Below, piece by piece: positions 1-9,384 of a stretch of 64,000 nt of DNA (its first letter is position 1; every line of letters starts with the position of its first letter). The translations under genes and the position numbers were made by a program. The DNA is from an uncultured bacterium. GTDB taxonomy: Bacteria; Hydrothermota; UBA3072. Location: contig CAZSEX010000001.1 in NCBI GenBank assembly GCA_964606065.1, positions 959-64,958 on the forward strand, written 5' to 3'. The notes under the pieces are model-generated. The model had not been told where the DNA came from, made no database searches, and saw only the letters and a program-made list of their open reading frames with translations.

Positions 1-31
1 TCTCATCGATAAGATAAAAAGTTCAGTTCTC

Positions 32-1114
32 TTAAAACTTACCCGGGAAATGGCATTTAACGAAAACACCCTTTTCTTTTTCTTCCAACACAGGCTCCTC
101 TTTTTTACAAATCTCCCGAGCGATAGGGCATCGGGGATGAAAACAGCAGCCTTCAGGCTTATGCAAAGAAGAAGGCACTTCTCCTCTGAGCGGTTGTCTT
201 TTGACTTTTGTTCTTGGATTCGCTTCCGGTACCGCCGATAACAAAACCTTTGTATAGGGATTAAGAGGATTATTGTAAATTTGCTCCGCCGGTCCCATTT
301 CCATAATGAAACCCAGGTACATTACGGCAATCCGGTGCGCTATGTGTTTAACAACAGATAAATCGTGAGAGATAAAAATGTAGGTAACTTGGAATTCGTC
401 CTGTAAATCCTGCATCAAATTTATTACCTGCGCCTGAACCGAAACGTCGAGGGCGGAAACAGGTTCGTCCGCTATAATAAGTTCCGGGTTCGTGGACAAG
501 GCCCGTGCTATTCCTATCCGCTGTCTCTGCCCTCCCGAAAACTCATGCGGGTATCTGTACATGTGTTCTTCACTCATCCCCACTTTTTCTAAAAGTCCCT
601 TTACAATATCTTTGTTTTCTTTTCTTTCCCCCCTGTGAACGGTTAAGGGTTCTTCTATAATGTCTCCCACTGTAAATCTCGGATTAAGCGAGGAATAAGG
701 ATCTTGAAATATCATCTGAATTTTGGAGCGGTAAGGCATCAGTTCTTTTCTGTTCAGTTTGGCTAAATCTATTTTCACTCTTTGTTTTTTATTGTTTTGA
801 AGCTCAGCTTCATCGTAGTAATATATGCTTCCTGAATTAGGATCGAGAATCCTTACGAGAGTTTTCCCTATTGTAGATTTTCCGCAGCCGGTTTCTCCCA
901 CCAGACCGAAGACTTCTCCTTTGTTTATTGAAAAACTTACACCGTCGACAGCTTTAATGTATCCCGTAACTTTTCTTAAAACCCCTCCCACAACCGGGAA
1001 ATATGTTTTTAAATTTTGAACTTCGATGAAAGTTTTTTTGTCCTCGTTATTCACCCTTATGAGTTTCTTCTTTTCTTCCAATAAATTTAATCTCGTTTTT
1101 TTGAAATCAGTCAT
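32..1114 (-). CDS. oppF: Oligopeptide/dipeptide ABC transporter ATP-binding protein (OppF/DppF-type). True start is probably the MTDFKK Met at 1114, which overlaps the oppD stop by 8 nt.
   Basis: Walker A motif GETGCGKST and ABC signature LSGGQRQR. The Cys-rich C-terminal extension (C..C..C) is typical of Opp/Dpp ATPases. The track ORF extends 35 codons into the upstream gene. Confidence 0.85.
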   Translation of the reverse strand: MTDFKKTRLNLLEEKKKLIRVNNEDKKTFIEVQNLKTYFPVVGGVLRKVTGYIKAVDGVSFSINKGEVFGLVGETGCGKSTIGKTLVRILDPNSGSIYYYDEAELQNNKKQRVKIDLAKLNRKELMPYRSKIQMIFQDPYSSLNPRFTVGDIIEEPLTVHRGERKENKDIVKGLLEKVGMSEEHMYRYPHEFSGGQRQRIGIARALSTNPELIIADEPVSALDVSVQAQVINLMQDLQDEFQVTYIFISHDLSVVKHIAHRIAVMYLGFIMEMGPAEQIYNNPLNPYTKVLLSAVPEANPRTKVKRQPLRGEVPSSLHKPEGCCFHPRCPIAREICKKEEPVLEEKEKGVFVKCHFPGKF

Positions 1115-2111
1115 TTCGCTTGCCTTTATCGTTATAAAGATGGCATCGAACAAAATGTCCCTTCTCGACTTCCAATAATTCCGGCACCACCTTCTCGCAT
1201 ACAGGCATTCTGTATTCACATCTGGGGTGAAAAGGACACCCCGGAGGGAAGTTCAAAATCCCCGGGACATTTCCCTTAATAGCGTTCAATCTTTTTTGTT
1301 TTTTGATTAAAGAAGGAATCGACGTCATCAAGCCTTTTGTATATGGATGAAGAGGGTTTTCGAACAGATTAACTGTGCTTGCCACTTCCTGTATTTTACC
1401 GCAGTACATAACCATAACTCTATCGCAGGTTTCCGCTATAACCGCCAGATCGTGGGTGATAAGTATAATGGCGGATTCTTTTCTTTTGTTCTTTATTTCA
1501 TTCATCAATTCCAGGATTTGAGACTGTACGGTTACGTCGAGAGCTGTCGTTGGTTCGTCTGCTATCAAAAGACTGGGGTCGCAGGATAAAGCTATTGCAA
1601 TCATTACTCTTTGTCTCATTCCGCCTGAAAACTGGTGCGGATAATCGTTTACCCTCTGTTCGGGAGAAGGAATTCCCACTTTCCGAAGCAATTCTATCGC
1701 GGCTTTTTTTGCCTCTTTTTTATCCATATTTCTGTGTATCATTAAAGGCTCCATTATTTGAAATCCGATGGTAAAGATGGGATTTAGAGAGGTCATGGGT
1801 TCCTGGAAAATCATGGAAATTTCATTTCCCCGAATCTTTCGCATGTCTTCCCATGAAAGGCTTAAAAGGTCTTTATTTTTGAAAAATATTTTACCGTGAG
1901 AGATTTTTCCGGGAGGGTCCGGGATGAGTCGCAAAATAGATAGGGCTGTAACGGATTTGCCCGAACCGGATTCTCCAACTATTCCGAAAAATTCTCCTTT
2001 AAAAACGTTGAAATTCAGACCATCGACAGCCTGAGCCTTTTTCTCTTCGAGCATAAAATGAGTTTTAAGGTTTTCGACTTTTAATAATTCCTTTTGCTCT
2101 TTTTTCGCCAT
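1107..2111 (-). CDS. oppD: Oligopeptide/dipeptide ABC transporter ATP-binding protein (OppD/DppD-type).
   Basis: Walker A motif GESGSGKS and signature FSGGMRQR. It carries the Opp-type C-terminal domain and sits in an operon with the permeases. Confidence 0.85.
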   Translation of the reverse strand: MAKKEQKELLKVENLKTHFMLEEKKAQAVDGLNFNVFKGEFFGIVGESGSGKSVTALSILRLIPDPPGKISHGKIFFKNKDLLSLSWEDMRKIRGNEISMIFQEPMTSLNPIFTIGFQIMEPLMIHRNMDKKEAKKAAIELLRKVGIPSPEQRVNDYPHQFSGGMRQRVMIAIALSCDPSLLIADEPTTALDVTVQSQILELMNEIKNKRKESAIILITHDLAVIAETCDRVMVMYCGKIQEVASTVNLFENPLHPYTKGLMTSIPSLIKKQKRLNAIKGNVPGILNFPPGCPFHPRCEYRMPVCEKVVPELLEVEKGHFVRCHLYNDKGKRND

Positions 2112-2118
2112 GGTTTAA

Positions 2119-3300
2119 TTATCTCATCCTGGAGTAAACTTTCGGATCCAGAGCTTCTCTAACCGCTTCCCCTATGAAAGCAATCAGCATTAAAGTTATA
2201 AACATGGCAGCCATGGGAGAAAAAGTCAGCCACCAGGAACTCAAGTTGGAAATACCCTGAGATAAGAGCTGCCCCCAGCTGGGAGTCGGTTCCGGCAAGC
2301 CGAATCCTAAAAAGTCCAGAGACGCCAGGACGGATATTCCTGAAATAATGGTAAAAGGAAGGAAAGAAATTGCCGGCGTCAACGAGTTTGGCAGAATATG
2401 AGAGAGGATTATTCTTCTGTCGCTTACCCCCACAGCCTGGGCAGCCTGTACGTATTCGTTCGATTTTTCTCGGAAGAACTCGGCTCTTATATATCTCGCC
2501 ATCGATATCCATCCGAAAAGAGAAAGAATCACAATAAGAATTGTAAAATTCGGAATCATTATCGATGAGATAACCATTACTGTAAATAAAAAAGGAATCG
2601 AAGCCCATATCTCGATAAACCGTAAGCCCAGAAAATCTACTTTTCCGCCGTAATAGCCGAGCACGGCTCCGAATAATATTCCGATTACGTAACTGGTTAA
2701 AGTTAAAAGTAGTGAAAAAGTCATATAAATACGAAAACCATAAACCAGTCTGGCGAAAACATCTCGTCCCCTGTCGTCCGTTCCAAGGAAATTTTTTCCG
2801 TCCGGTGCCGTCGGCGGGTTTCTATCCCCCAGTTCATCGAGTAAGTTTTCATTAGGTCCGTAGGGATAGGGAGCGAGTATTGCCCAATTTCCTATTTTTT
2901 GTTCCACGAAAATTTTTCGCAGTGCGCGGTGGTTGTCGAAGTCTTTTTTTATCCTATCGTAAAGCTCATATTCGGATTTTAGAGAAATCAATTTTTCGTT
3001 GTTCGAGGTTAAAGTATCTTCTCCCAGAGAAGCTTTATATTCAAAATATTTATCACGTGTCTCGATCGCTTTCGCGAAGATATATTGCTTAAAAGAAACG
3101 TCGCTGTAGAGAGTAATAAATTTTTTTCCGTCGAAGTTAATAAGCAGAGCGTTGTCGTTTATTATAAATTCCGCGAAAAAAGACAACAAATAAGTTATCC
3201 CGATAATTAAAAGAGAATAATATCCTCTTTTAAAACTCTTGAATTTTTTTATTCTTTTTATAAACAGCGGAGAAAAGAAAGATTTTCTCATTCTGCTCAT
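2119..3300 (-). CDS. oppC: Oligopeptide ABC transporter permease (OppC/DppC-type) with a long N-terminal extension.
   Basis: Multi-TM protein with the binding-protein-dependent permease EAA-like loop region (AAQAVGVSDRRIILSHILPN). It has the same operon context. Confidence 0.8.
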   Translation of the reverse strand: MSRMRKSFFSPLFIKRIKKFKSFKRGYYSLLIIGITYLLSFFAEFIINDNALLINFDGKKFITLYSDVSFKQYIFAKAIETRDKYFEYKASLGEDTLTSNNEKLISLKSEYELYDRIKKDFDNHRALRKIFVEQKIGNWAILAPYPYGPNENLLDELGDRNPPTAPDGKNFLGTDDRGRDVFARLVYGFRIYMTFSLLLTLTSYVIGILFGAVLGYYGGKVDFLGLRFIEIWASIPFLFTVMVISSIMIPNFTILIVILSLFGWISMARYIRAEFFREKSNEYVQAAQAVGVSDRRIILSHILPNSLTPAISFLPFTIISGISVLASLDFLGFGLPEPTPSWGQLLSQGISNLSSWWLTFSPMAAMFITLMLIAFIGEAVREALDPKVYSRMR

Positions 3301-3307
3301 TGTAAAA

Positions 3308-4336
3308 CTAGTCCAGCCTTATCCGCGGGTCTATGACGCAGTACAGGAAATCCGAGAAAATGTTTCCCAGCATATAAAGAATAGAAGAAAATACGAGTAT
3401 TCCCAGCATAACCGGATAATCCCTGTCTAAAATCGAGTTGTAACCTAAAAGCCCGAAGCCGTGTATATTAAAGACTTTTTCTATTAAGAGGGAACCTGAG
3501 ATAACGATATAAAAAACGCTTCCCAGTCCCGTGGCTATGGGTATCAGGGAATTGCGGAGAGTGTGTTTAAAGATAACTGTTTTTTCGGATAACCCTTTAG
3601 CGAAAGCGGTCCTGACGTAATCCTTGCCGAGATTTTCAATCAGCGAATTTTTCATTAAAATGGTGAGAGACGCGAAAGAGCCGAGAGTATAGCAAAATAC
3701 GGGTAAAATCATGTGATAGATGTTATCCCAGAATTTACCCCAGAAAGAAAGCGTTTCGTAATTCATGGAGTGGATTCCACCCAGAGGAAAAACATTAAAA
3801 AAAGAGCCTCCGCCCAAAAGGACGAGAAGGACGATACCCGCCACCCATCCGGGAATAGCATAACCCATAAAAACCAGAGAGGAACTCACAAAGTCGAAAG
3901 TCGAGCCGTGCTTAATGGCTTTAAAAACCCCCAGGGGTATACAAACAAGATATGCCAGCAGGAACCCCGCCACCCCGAAACGAAGAGAAATGGGGAATCG
4001 AGCCTTTATTACATCCCAGACCGGTTTCGAATAGGTATATGATTCTCCCAGGTCGAATTGAACAACATTGCCGAGCCAGATGAAATATGAAACATAAAAA
4101 GGCTTATCGAACCCGTATATTTTTTTTAGTTTCTCGACCATTTCCTCGGATATCGCCGTGCCCTGAGATCCCATCGCCCCGCCACCTCCTTCCATCTGCA
4201 TCTGTTTATAACGGAGTATTGCCATTTCCACCGGACCTCCGGGAGCGAACCTGGTGATTGTGAAAACGATAAACGTCACGCCTAAAAACGTCGGTATTAT
4301 CATTAAAAGACGGCGGATGAAATAGTTAACCATCAC
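3308..4336 (-). CDS. oppB: Oligopeptide ABC transporter permease (OppB/DppB-type).
   Basis: N-terminal MMVNYFIRRLLMIIPTFLGVTFIVF is a typical OppB start. It has six TM segments and a permease signature (AFAKGLSEKTVIFKHTLRN). Confidence 0.8.
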   Translation of the reverse strand: MMVNYFIRRLLMIIPTFLGVTFIVFTITRFAPGGPVEMAILRYKQMQMEGGGGAMGSQGTAISEEMVEKLKKIYGFDKPFYVSYFIWLGNVVQFDLGESYTYSKPVWDVIKARFPISLRFGVAGFLLAYLVCIPLGVFKAIKHGSTFDFVSSSLVFMGYAIPGWVAGIVLLVLLGGGSFFNVFPLGGIHSMNYETLSFWGKFWDNIYHMILPVFCYTLGSFASLTILMKNSLIENLGKDYVRTAFAKGLSEKTVIFKHTLRNSLIPIATGLGSVFYIVISGSLLIEKVFNIHGFGLLGYNSILDRDYPVMLGILVFSSILYMLGNIFSDFLYCVIDPRIRLD

Positions 4337-4697
4337 GCAATATTATAATTTTTCGTTAAAACGTCAACCCACCCCTCCCAACAAATTATTCTCACACAGA
4401 GAGCACAGCGCGGTAAAACCGCTAATATTCACCGCAAAGACGCGGAGGACGCAGAGAAAAATATATTGTTTGTTCCCCTTACCCAACCAAAATGGGACGC
4501 AGATGAACGCAGATTTACAGGATATTTTTTAACTAAAACCTAAAACTCATGACCTATTTTTCACATGTAGAACACGTAGTGTTTTTTTTAATGATCGCGG
4601 CTGGGAAGCCGCTCCTACAACGATATATGTAGGAGGGATTTCCCAATCCCGAAGAAAAAGTCATTACGAGTTTGGAATCTTGCTCGACTCAAGCTTG

Positions 4698-4745
4698 CCC
4701 GGTAGAATAGAATGTATTCCAAGTGGTATCTTCTATTCCATGGGG
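4698..4745. repeat. Imperfect hairpin of the CCCNNTGRAATAG...CTATTCCATGGGG family (copy 1 of a tandem pair).
   Basis: Left arm cccggtagaatagaa and right arm ttctattccatgggg form an inverted repeat. It belongs to the same family as 4838-4884, 14505-14560, 61818-61868 and 61917-61963. Confidence 0.6.
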
Positions 4746-4837
4746 CCGACAAAGGTCGCAGAGAAAAAAAATAAAGAATGTGTTTTTACATCACCCAACC
4801 CAATCATGCTTTTTATTTTACGAGTGAGATTGCTTTA

Positions 4838-4884
4838 CCCCATGAAATAGCTTGCCTACCTGATTGTGCTTCTATTTCATGGGG
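4838..4884. repeat. Perfect 13-bp-stem hairpin CCCCATGAAATAG-(21 nt)-CTATTTCATGGGG.
   Basis: Perfect inverted repeat read directly, in the 700-nt spacer between oppB and the vapBC module. Confidence 0.7.
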
Positions 4885-5045
4885 CAAGCTGGGGAACGGC
4901 AGGAAGAAGAGTTCGCAACGACAACTCCAATATTAATAAACAACAATTAAAAACCTTGTGTCTTCGTGTCTACTCTTTTACAAAAAAAACAAAAAGTTGA
5001 CCGGTAGTACTACAGAGAGAAAGAATTATGTTACCCATAAAAATA

Positions 5046-5441
5046 TTACTCGAAGATTTTTATGGGTAAAAATTTCTGATATTTTTTGAAATCCTTATCA
5101 ACAGTAAAAATTAAAAGATTTTCCAGAAAAGAGACGGCGCAGATTAAAAAATCCGTGGTTGAACCCTGGATGCCATTTCTTCTACAGATATTGCAAAATT
5201 CGGCTGCTTTCTCAAAATGTTCTTTTTTTAGCGATATAGAATCAAAAGAAGAAAGGTGTTCTTTTAATTCTTGAAACTGTTTTTCTTTCGAAACTCCGGA
5301 AAGGAGCTCCTGCCTAATCGGGCATACAATTACAACTCTTCCGTCTGAAATCAAATTTGTTAGTTTTTTGGCTAAATCTTTGTCAGCTTTTTTGTATCGT
5401 AGAACTCTGGACCAGACACAAGTATCGACCAGAACTTTCAT
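5046..5441 (-). CDS. vapC: PIN-domain ribonuclease toxin of a type II TA system (VapC family).
   Basis: PIN N-terminus MKVLVDTCVW, and a 4-nt overlap with the upstream small antitoxin gene. Confidence 0.75.
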   Translation of the reverse strand: MKVLVDTCVWSRVLRYKKADKDLAKKLTNLISDGRVVIVCPIRQELLSGVSKEKQFQELKEHLSSFDSISLKKEHFEKAAEFCNICRRNGIQGSTTDFLICAVSFLENLLIFTVDKDFKKYQKFLPIKIFE

Positions 5442-5641
5442 CTTTTTCTGGCTTTTTTATAGTCATAGCTTTCATCAAATTCTATCTTCCCAAACATATC
5501 TACAATCTTTTGCTGTTTTTTATGTGATATGTATTCTTTCAACGCTTTTGTCACAGCTTCTTTTTTGCTCTTATGGTGTCCCAGCTTTTGCGCTTGTTTT
5601 ATTAGACTATCATCCAAATGCAAATTTGTGGGCATAGACAC
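5438..5641 (-). CDS. vapB: Type II antitoxin (VapB-like) paired with the PIN toxin.
   Basis: 67-aa basic protein directly upstream of the PIN gene and overlapping it (ATGA). Confidence 0.6.
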   Translation of the reverse strand: MSMPTNLHLDDSLIKQAQKLGHHKSKKEAVTKALKEYISHKKQQKIVDMFGKIEFDESYDYKKARKR

Positions 5642-5978
5642 ACCTCCTTTTACACAAAAAATAACACATTACATTGTGTAAGTCAAGAGGTTTTTTTAGC
5701 CGCAGAGGGACTAATACACGGAGAAAAAAACAAAATTAATATTGTTGATTAAAAACAACCTCCATCCTTGAAAAACAAGTAACAACAAATAGCGATAATT
5801 ACAAGAATATTTTGAAGATTGAACCACAAAGAGCGCGAAGGATACAAAAGAACAATGAAGAACGAAATTTTGTTTCTTAAAACCACTCCACCCGCCAAAA
5901 GAGGCCAAGAACTTACACGGATTATCGCAAGATTTTTTTTGTTTTTATAACTGCTTACTTCTTTCTGCTCACTACTTA

Positions 5979-7931
5979 CTATTGTCTATATTTCTCTTGA
6001 TATCTGACTTCGGCGGGTTTCGCGGGAAGGGGAAAGCCTTTTTCTTTCGCGGTTTTTAATGCTGTGTCCGTCTCCGCGTCGTACCACCAGAAAGTAGTGA
6101 TTACTTCCAGAAATTTGAAGGTTACGTTTCCCGAGTATGAAACTCCGCTAATGACGAATTCAGGCATTCCGAACTTATTCCAGTATAAGATTTTTGTATC
6201 TTCAGAATACCAGTTCAAAGCCATAAGGTAGTTGCTTACGAGGATGGAATCGAGTTCTTGAATAAGAGCTACCCGTTTTTCCAGATCGAACTCGTCGTTA
6301 TATTTTTCGCAAAGTTCATCGATTTTTTTGTTTTTAAAGCCGAAAATATTGTTAGTATTCTGTTTGTCCGCGTATTTTGAATGGTAGGCGTGCTCGGGAT
6401 TTGGGAACAGATCGGTTGTATAGTTTATCCACATCATTTTAAATTTTCTTTCATCTATATCTTTGATGTGTGTTGCCCAGGTTACTTTCTTCAAATCGAT
6501 TTTAATTCCGGCTTTTTTGAGTTCTTCCTGAAGTAAAGTTTCGATTCTGGTATCGTCGCTTCTATAAAAATTTAAGTTAAGTTCGAATGGTTTGCCGTCT
6601 TTAACTATATAGCCTTCTTCGTTTAAGTTTTTCTGGGAATATCCCGCTTCCTCAAGAAGCCGGATAGCTTCTTGCGGGTCATATCTTATTTTTGGATTAT
6701 TTTTATTTTCATATATAGAATTTGAATAATATGAATCCATGTGCTTATATTCATCGTAAAAAAGTTTGTTTATTATTTTTTCTCTGTTAAAAAGCAGGCT
6801 TACAGCTTTTCTGACTCTAATGTCGTTAAAAGGCTCTTCTCTCATATTAAAAGCGAAGCCTCCTTTTTCTGCCGGTTTGCCGCAGTAAATTTTCTGTCTT
6901 ACTATGTAATTGTTTTTAACCGCGTCCGATTTATCAGGAGAAAAATCCTCGACCCACTTGTTAATTGTATGAGGATAAATATAGGGAGCTATATCGATAT
7001 TTCCTTTTTTAAAGTTTTCAAACAGGACTGTTTCGTCGGTATAAAAATTAATTCTTACCTCGTCAAAATTAAATAAATTTTTATTTAAAGTTATATCGGC
7101 AGCCCACCAGTTTGTATCACGTTTAAGAGCAACAACCTGATTTGGAACCGCTTTTTCAAAAAAATAAGGACCGCTTCCTGTCATCATTTCATTGTTATAT
7201 TTTCTGAGATATTCGGAGGGTTCGATTTTTGCTATTATGTGTTCGGGTAAAATATAGGTATCCGACGCGCTGAAATATAAAAAAAGACTCCACTGAAGTA
7301 TTTTTGCTTTAACCATAACAATATTTGGCGTCAAAGCTATGGGGCGTTCATATTTGCTTTTATAAAAGTCATTATGATAAGGGTCTCTGATTCCCTCGTC
7401 GACCAATAAGTCATAAGTGGCTACGACATCGAACGCACTAACAGGCACACCGTCCTGCCATTTTGCCTTTTCGTTTATATGGAAAAAGTAGGTCATTTTA
7501 TCTTCCGATATAGACCATTTATCGGCAAGCCCGGGGATATATTCATAAGTTACAGGGTCCATCTTTAAAAGAGATTCATATGTTATTCTTGTAATCATTT
7601 GATTTATTAATTCGTTGGAATTCTCTCCGTAGGTTCTTAACGTGGGAGGATATGCAGAATATCCAAAAGCGACGGTTCCTCCCTTTTTTGCCTTACTATT
7701 TACGAGAATAGTCTGATTTTCATTCGTTTCCCATTTAATCGATTTTACAATACTGTCGACCTGCTCTGCCGTTAAGTCAACGGGTCCGTATTTTTTCATT
7801 AAATCTTTTTCCGTTAAATGTATTTTTGAAGTTTCAGTAGAAGATTTTTGATTGCAGCTGGAAATTAAGAACAGGATAAAGACCGGAACGAGAAAAGCAA
7901 AACACCCGCGTATCGAAATTAAATTTTTCAT
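5979..7931 (-). CDS. oppA: ABC transporter substrate-binding lipoprotein, family 5 (OppA-like), paralog 1.
   Basis: Signal peptide plus lipobox (LISSCNQ). It is about 650 aa and shares conserved blocks with the 9385-11289 paralog (e.g. KYGP.(D/N)LT.EQVDSI, HSKYADK.NTNNI). Confidence 0.8.
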   Translation of the reverse strand: MKNLISIRGCFAFLVPVFILFLISSCNQKSSTETSKIHLTEKDLMKKYGPVDLTAEQVDSIVKSIKWETNENQTILVNSKAKKGGTVAFGYSAYPPTLRTYGENSNELINQMITRITYESLLKMDPVTYEYIPGLADKWSISEDKMTYFFHINEKAKWQDGVPVSAFDVVATYDLLVDEGIRDPYHNDFYKSKYERPIALTPNIVMVKAKILQWSLFLYFSASDTYILPEHIIAKIEPSEYLRKYNNEMMTGSGPYFFEKAVPNQVVALKRDTNWWAADITLNKNLFNFDEVRINFYTDETVLFENFKKGNIDIAPYIYPHTINKWVEDFSPDKSDAVKNNYIVRQKIYCGKPAEKGGFAFNMREEPFNDIRVRKAVSLLFNREKIINKLFYDEYKHMDSYYSNSIYENKNNPKIRYDPQEAIRLLEEAGYSQKNLNEEGYIVKDGKPFELNLNFYRSDDTRIETLLQEELKKAGIKIDLKKVTWATHIKDIDERKFKMMWINYTTDLFPNPEHAYHSKYADKQNTNNIFGFKNKKIDELCEKYNDEFDLEKRVALIQELDSILVSNYLMALNWYSEDTKILYWNKFGMPEFVISGVSYSGNVTFKFLEVITTFWWYDAETDTALKTAKEKGFPLPAKPAEVRYQEKYRQ

Positions 7932-8427
7932 TACGCAATATTATGCTTTTTTCGGCGAAACGTCAACCCGCAACAGACAATTTGAAACACAAAGAGCACA
8001 AAGAAAAACAGAGAAAAAATTTTTGTTTCAAAACCAACCCCACCCTGAATATTCACATGTAGAAATTGTAGTTTGTTTTTCCCCTTACTACCCCCAACGT
8101 TCTAACCTTCTAACAATGGCATTGTCACAGATTATCACAAGATTTTTTGCCACAAAGGCACAAGGATTTTTTTTGTTGTTTTAACGCCCTAACGCTTTTA
8201 CGCATTTACGCACCAACTAAATTAAGTAACAACAAATAGCACGAATGTTTCAAAATTTAATTCGCAGAAAAAACAAAGGGACCACAAATTACACAGACTA
8301 ACACAGAAACTACCCGTAGAAAAAAATGTTGTGTTGTTTTCTTTGCCAGAAACCTCAAAAACTCAATATTCAAAACGGTGTTGAAAATTATAGTTTTTTG
8401 ATTATAATATACAAAAGGAGGAAATTG

Positions 8428-8637
8428 ATGCCTACGGATTATAAAGAAGTAATGGATACGCTAAAACTTATGCAAAAGAGGCTTGAGGTTTTGGGCGGAG
8501 CCAAAATTAGAGAAAGGTATAAAACATCCGATGCAATGAAACTGCAAAACGAACTTCGCTCCAAACATTCGAATCTTAAAAAAAACTGGACAGGTACCGA
8601 TGAGGTTCGAAAATGGAGGGAAAGAGATAAAAATTGA
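8428..8637 (+). CDS. Small antitoxin-like protein (69 aa) upstream of a PIN toxin. The start given is the internal ATG, 7 nt after the RBS aaaggagg.
   Basis: RBS AAAGGAGG at 8414-8421. The C-terminal motif ...VRKWRERDKN is shared with the 20560 ORF. Its stop overlaps the PIN start. Confidence 0.55.
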   Translation: MPTDYKEVMDTLKLMQKRLEVLGGAKIRERYKTSDAMKLQNELRSKHSNLKKNWTGTDEVRKWRERDKN

Positions 8638-9062
8638 GTATAGATTTCTCGCTTGTTCTCGATACTTCTATAATCTATAAATGGTTTATAGAGGAAGAGT
8701 ATAGTAATCAAGCTTTAGAAATAAGAAATCTTGTCGCTTCCAGCAAATATAGTGTTTTAATACCCGATTTATTAATTTATGAACTTTCAAACGAGCTTAG
8801 ATATAATACTGATTACTCTAATGACGAAATCAAAAAGGCAATAAGAAGTCTTTACGACATGGAAATAGATATTGTTGCTCCAGTTATTGAAATACTGGAG
8901 TCTGCTATAGATATTGCCAGAGAATATGATATAACTATATATGATGCTTATTATCTTTCTCTTACTAAAGAAATAGGTTACCACTTTATAACAGCAGATA
9001 AGAGGTTAGTTGACAAAGTTAGTTCTTTAGATTTTGTTTTGTTTCTGGAAAATCCTTCTTGA
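8634..9062 (+). CDS. PIN-domain toxin (VapC-like). It appears to use a TTG start that overlaps the upstream stop (ATTGA).
   Basis: N-terminus SLVLDTSIIYKWFIEE fits the PIN D-T-S motif. It is coupled to the small upstream ORF. Confidence 0.65.
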   Translation: MSIDFSLVLDTSIIYKWFIEEEYSNQALEIRNLVASSKYSVLIPDLLIYELSNELRYNTDYSNDEIKKAIRSLYDMEIDIVAPVIEILESAIDIAREYDITIYDAYYLSLTKEIGYHFITADKRLVDKVSSLDFVLFLENPS

Positions 9063-9384
9063 TTTGTAAATCACACAATTTTGTCCTATAGTTAAGTGCG
9101 TTAAGAGAAGAAATTTAAAAACAAAATACACAAGTTGTTTTAAAAAATAAACTGCAGAGAACACAGCGCGGTAAAACAGTTAACACATAAAATGTACCAC
9201 AAAGCCCGCAATGACAACTTCATCACAAAAAATGTCATTACGAGTTTGGCATCTTGCCTGACTGCCGCGAAGTAATCTCAAGCGTTACGGAGATATTGCA
9301 ATACGCCCCTACAACCACAGCCCTAAAAAATCATTTGACCATTTTTAATTTAACTATTTGACTGAGATTCTAAGAATCTTTGCC

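Noticed and set aside
2159-2608. A 149-aa ORF nested in oppC in another frame, and similar nested ORFs inside other large genes (e.g. 3713-4042, 6741-7076, 36763-37194).
   Set aside because: These are alternative-frame ORFs inside well-supported genes, with no independent signals.
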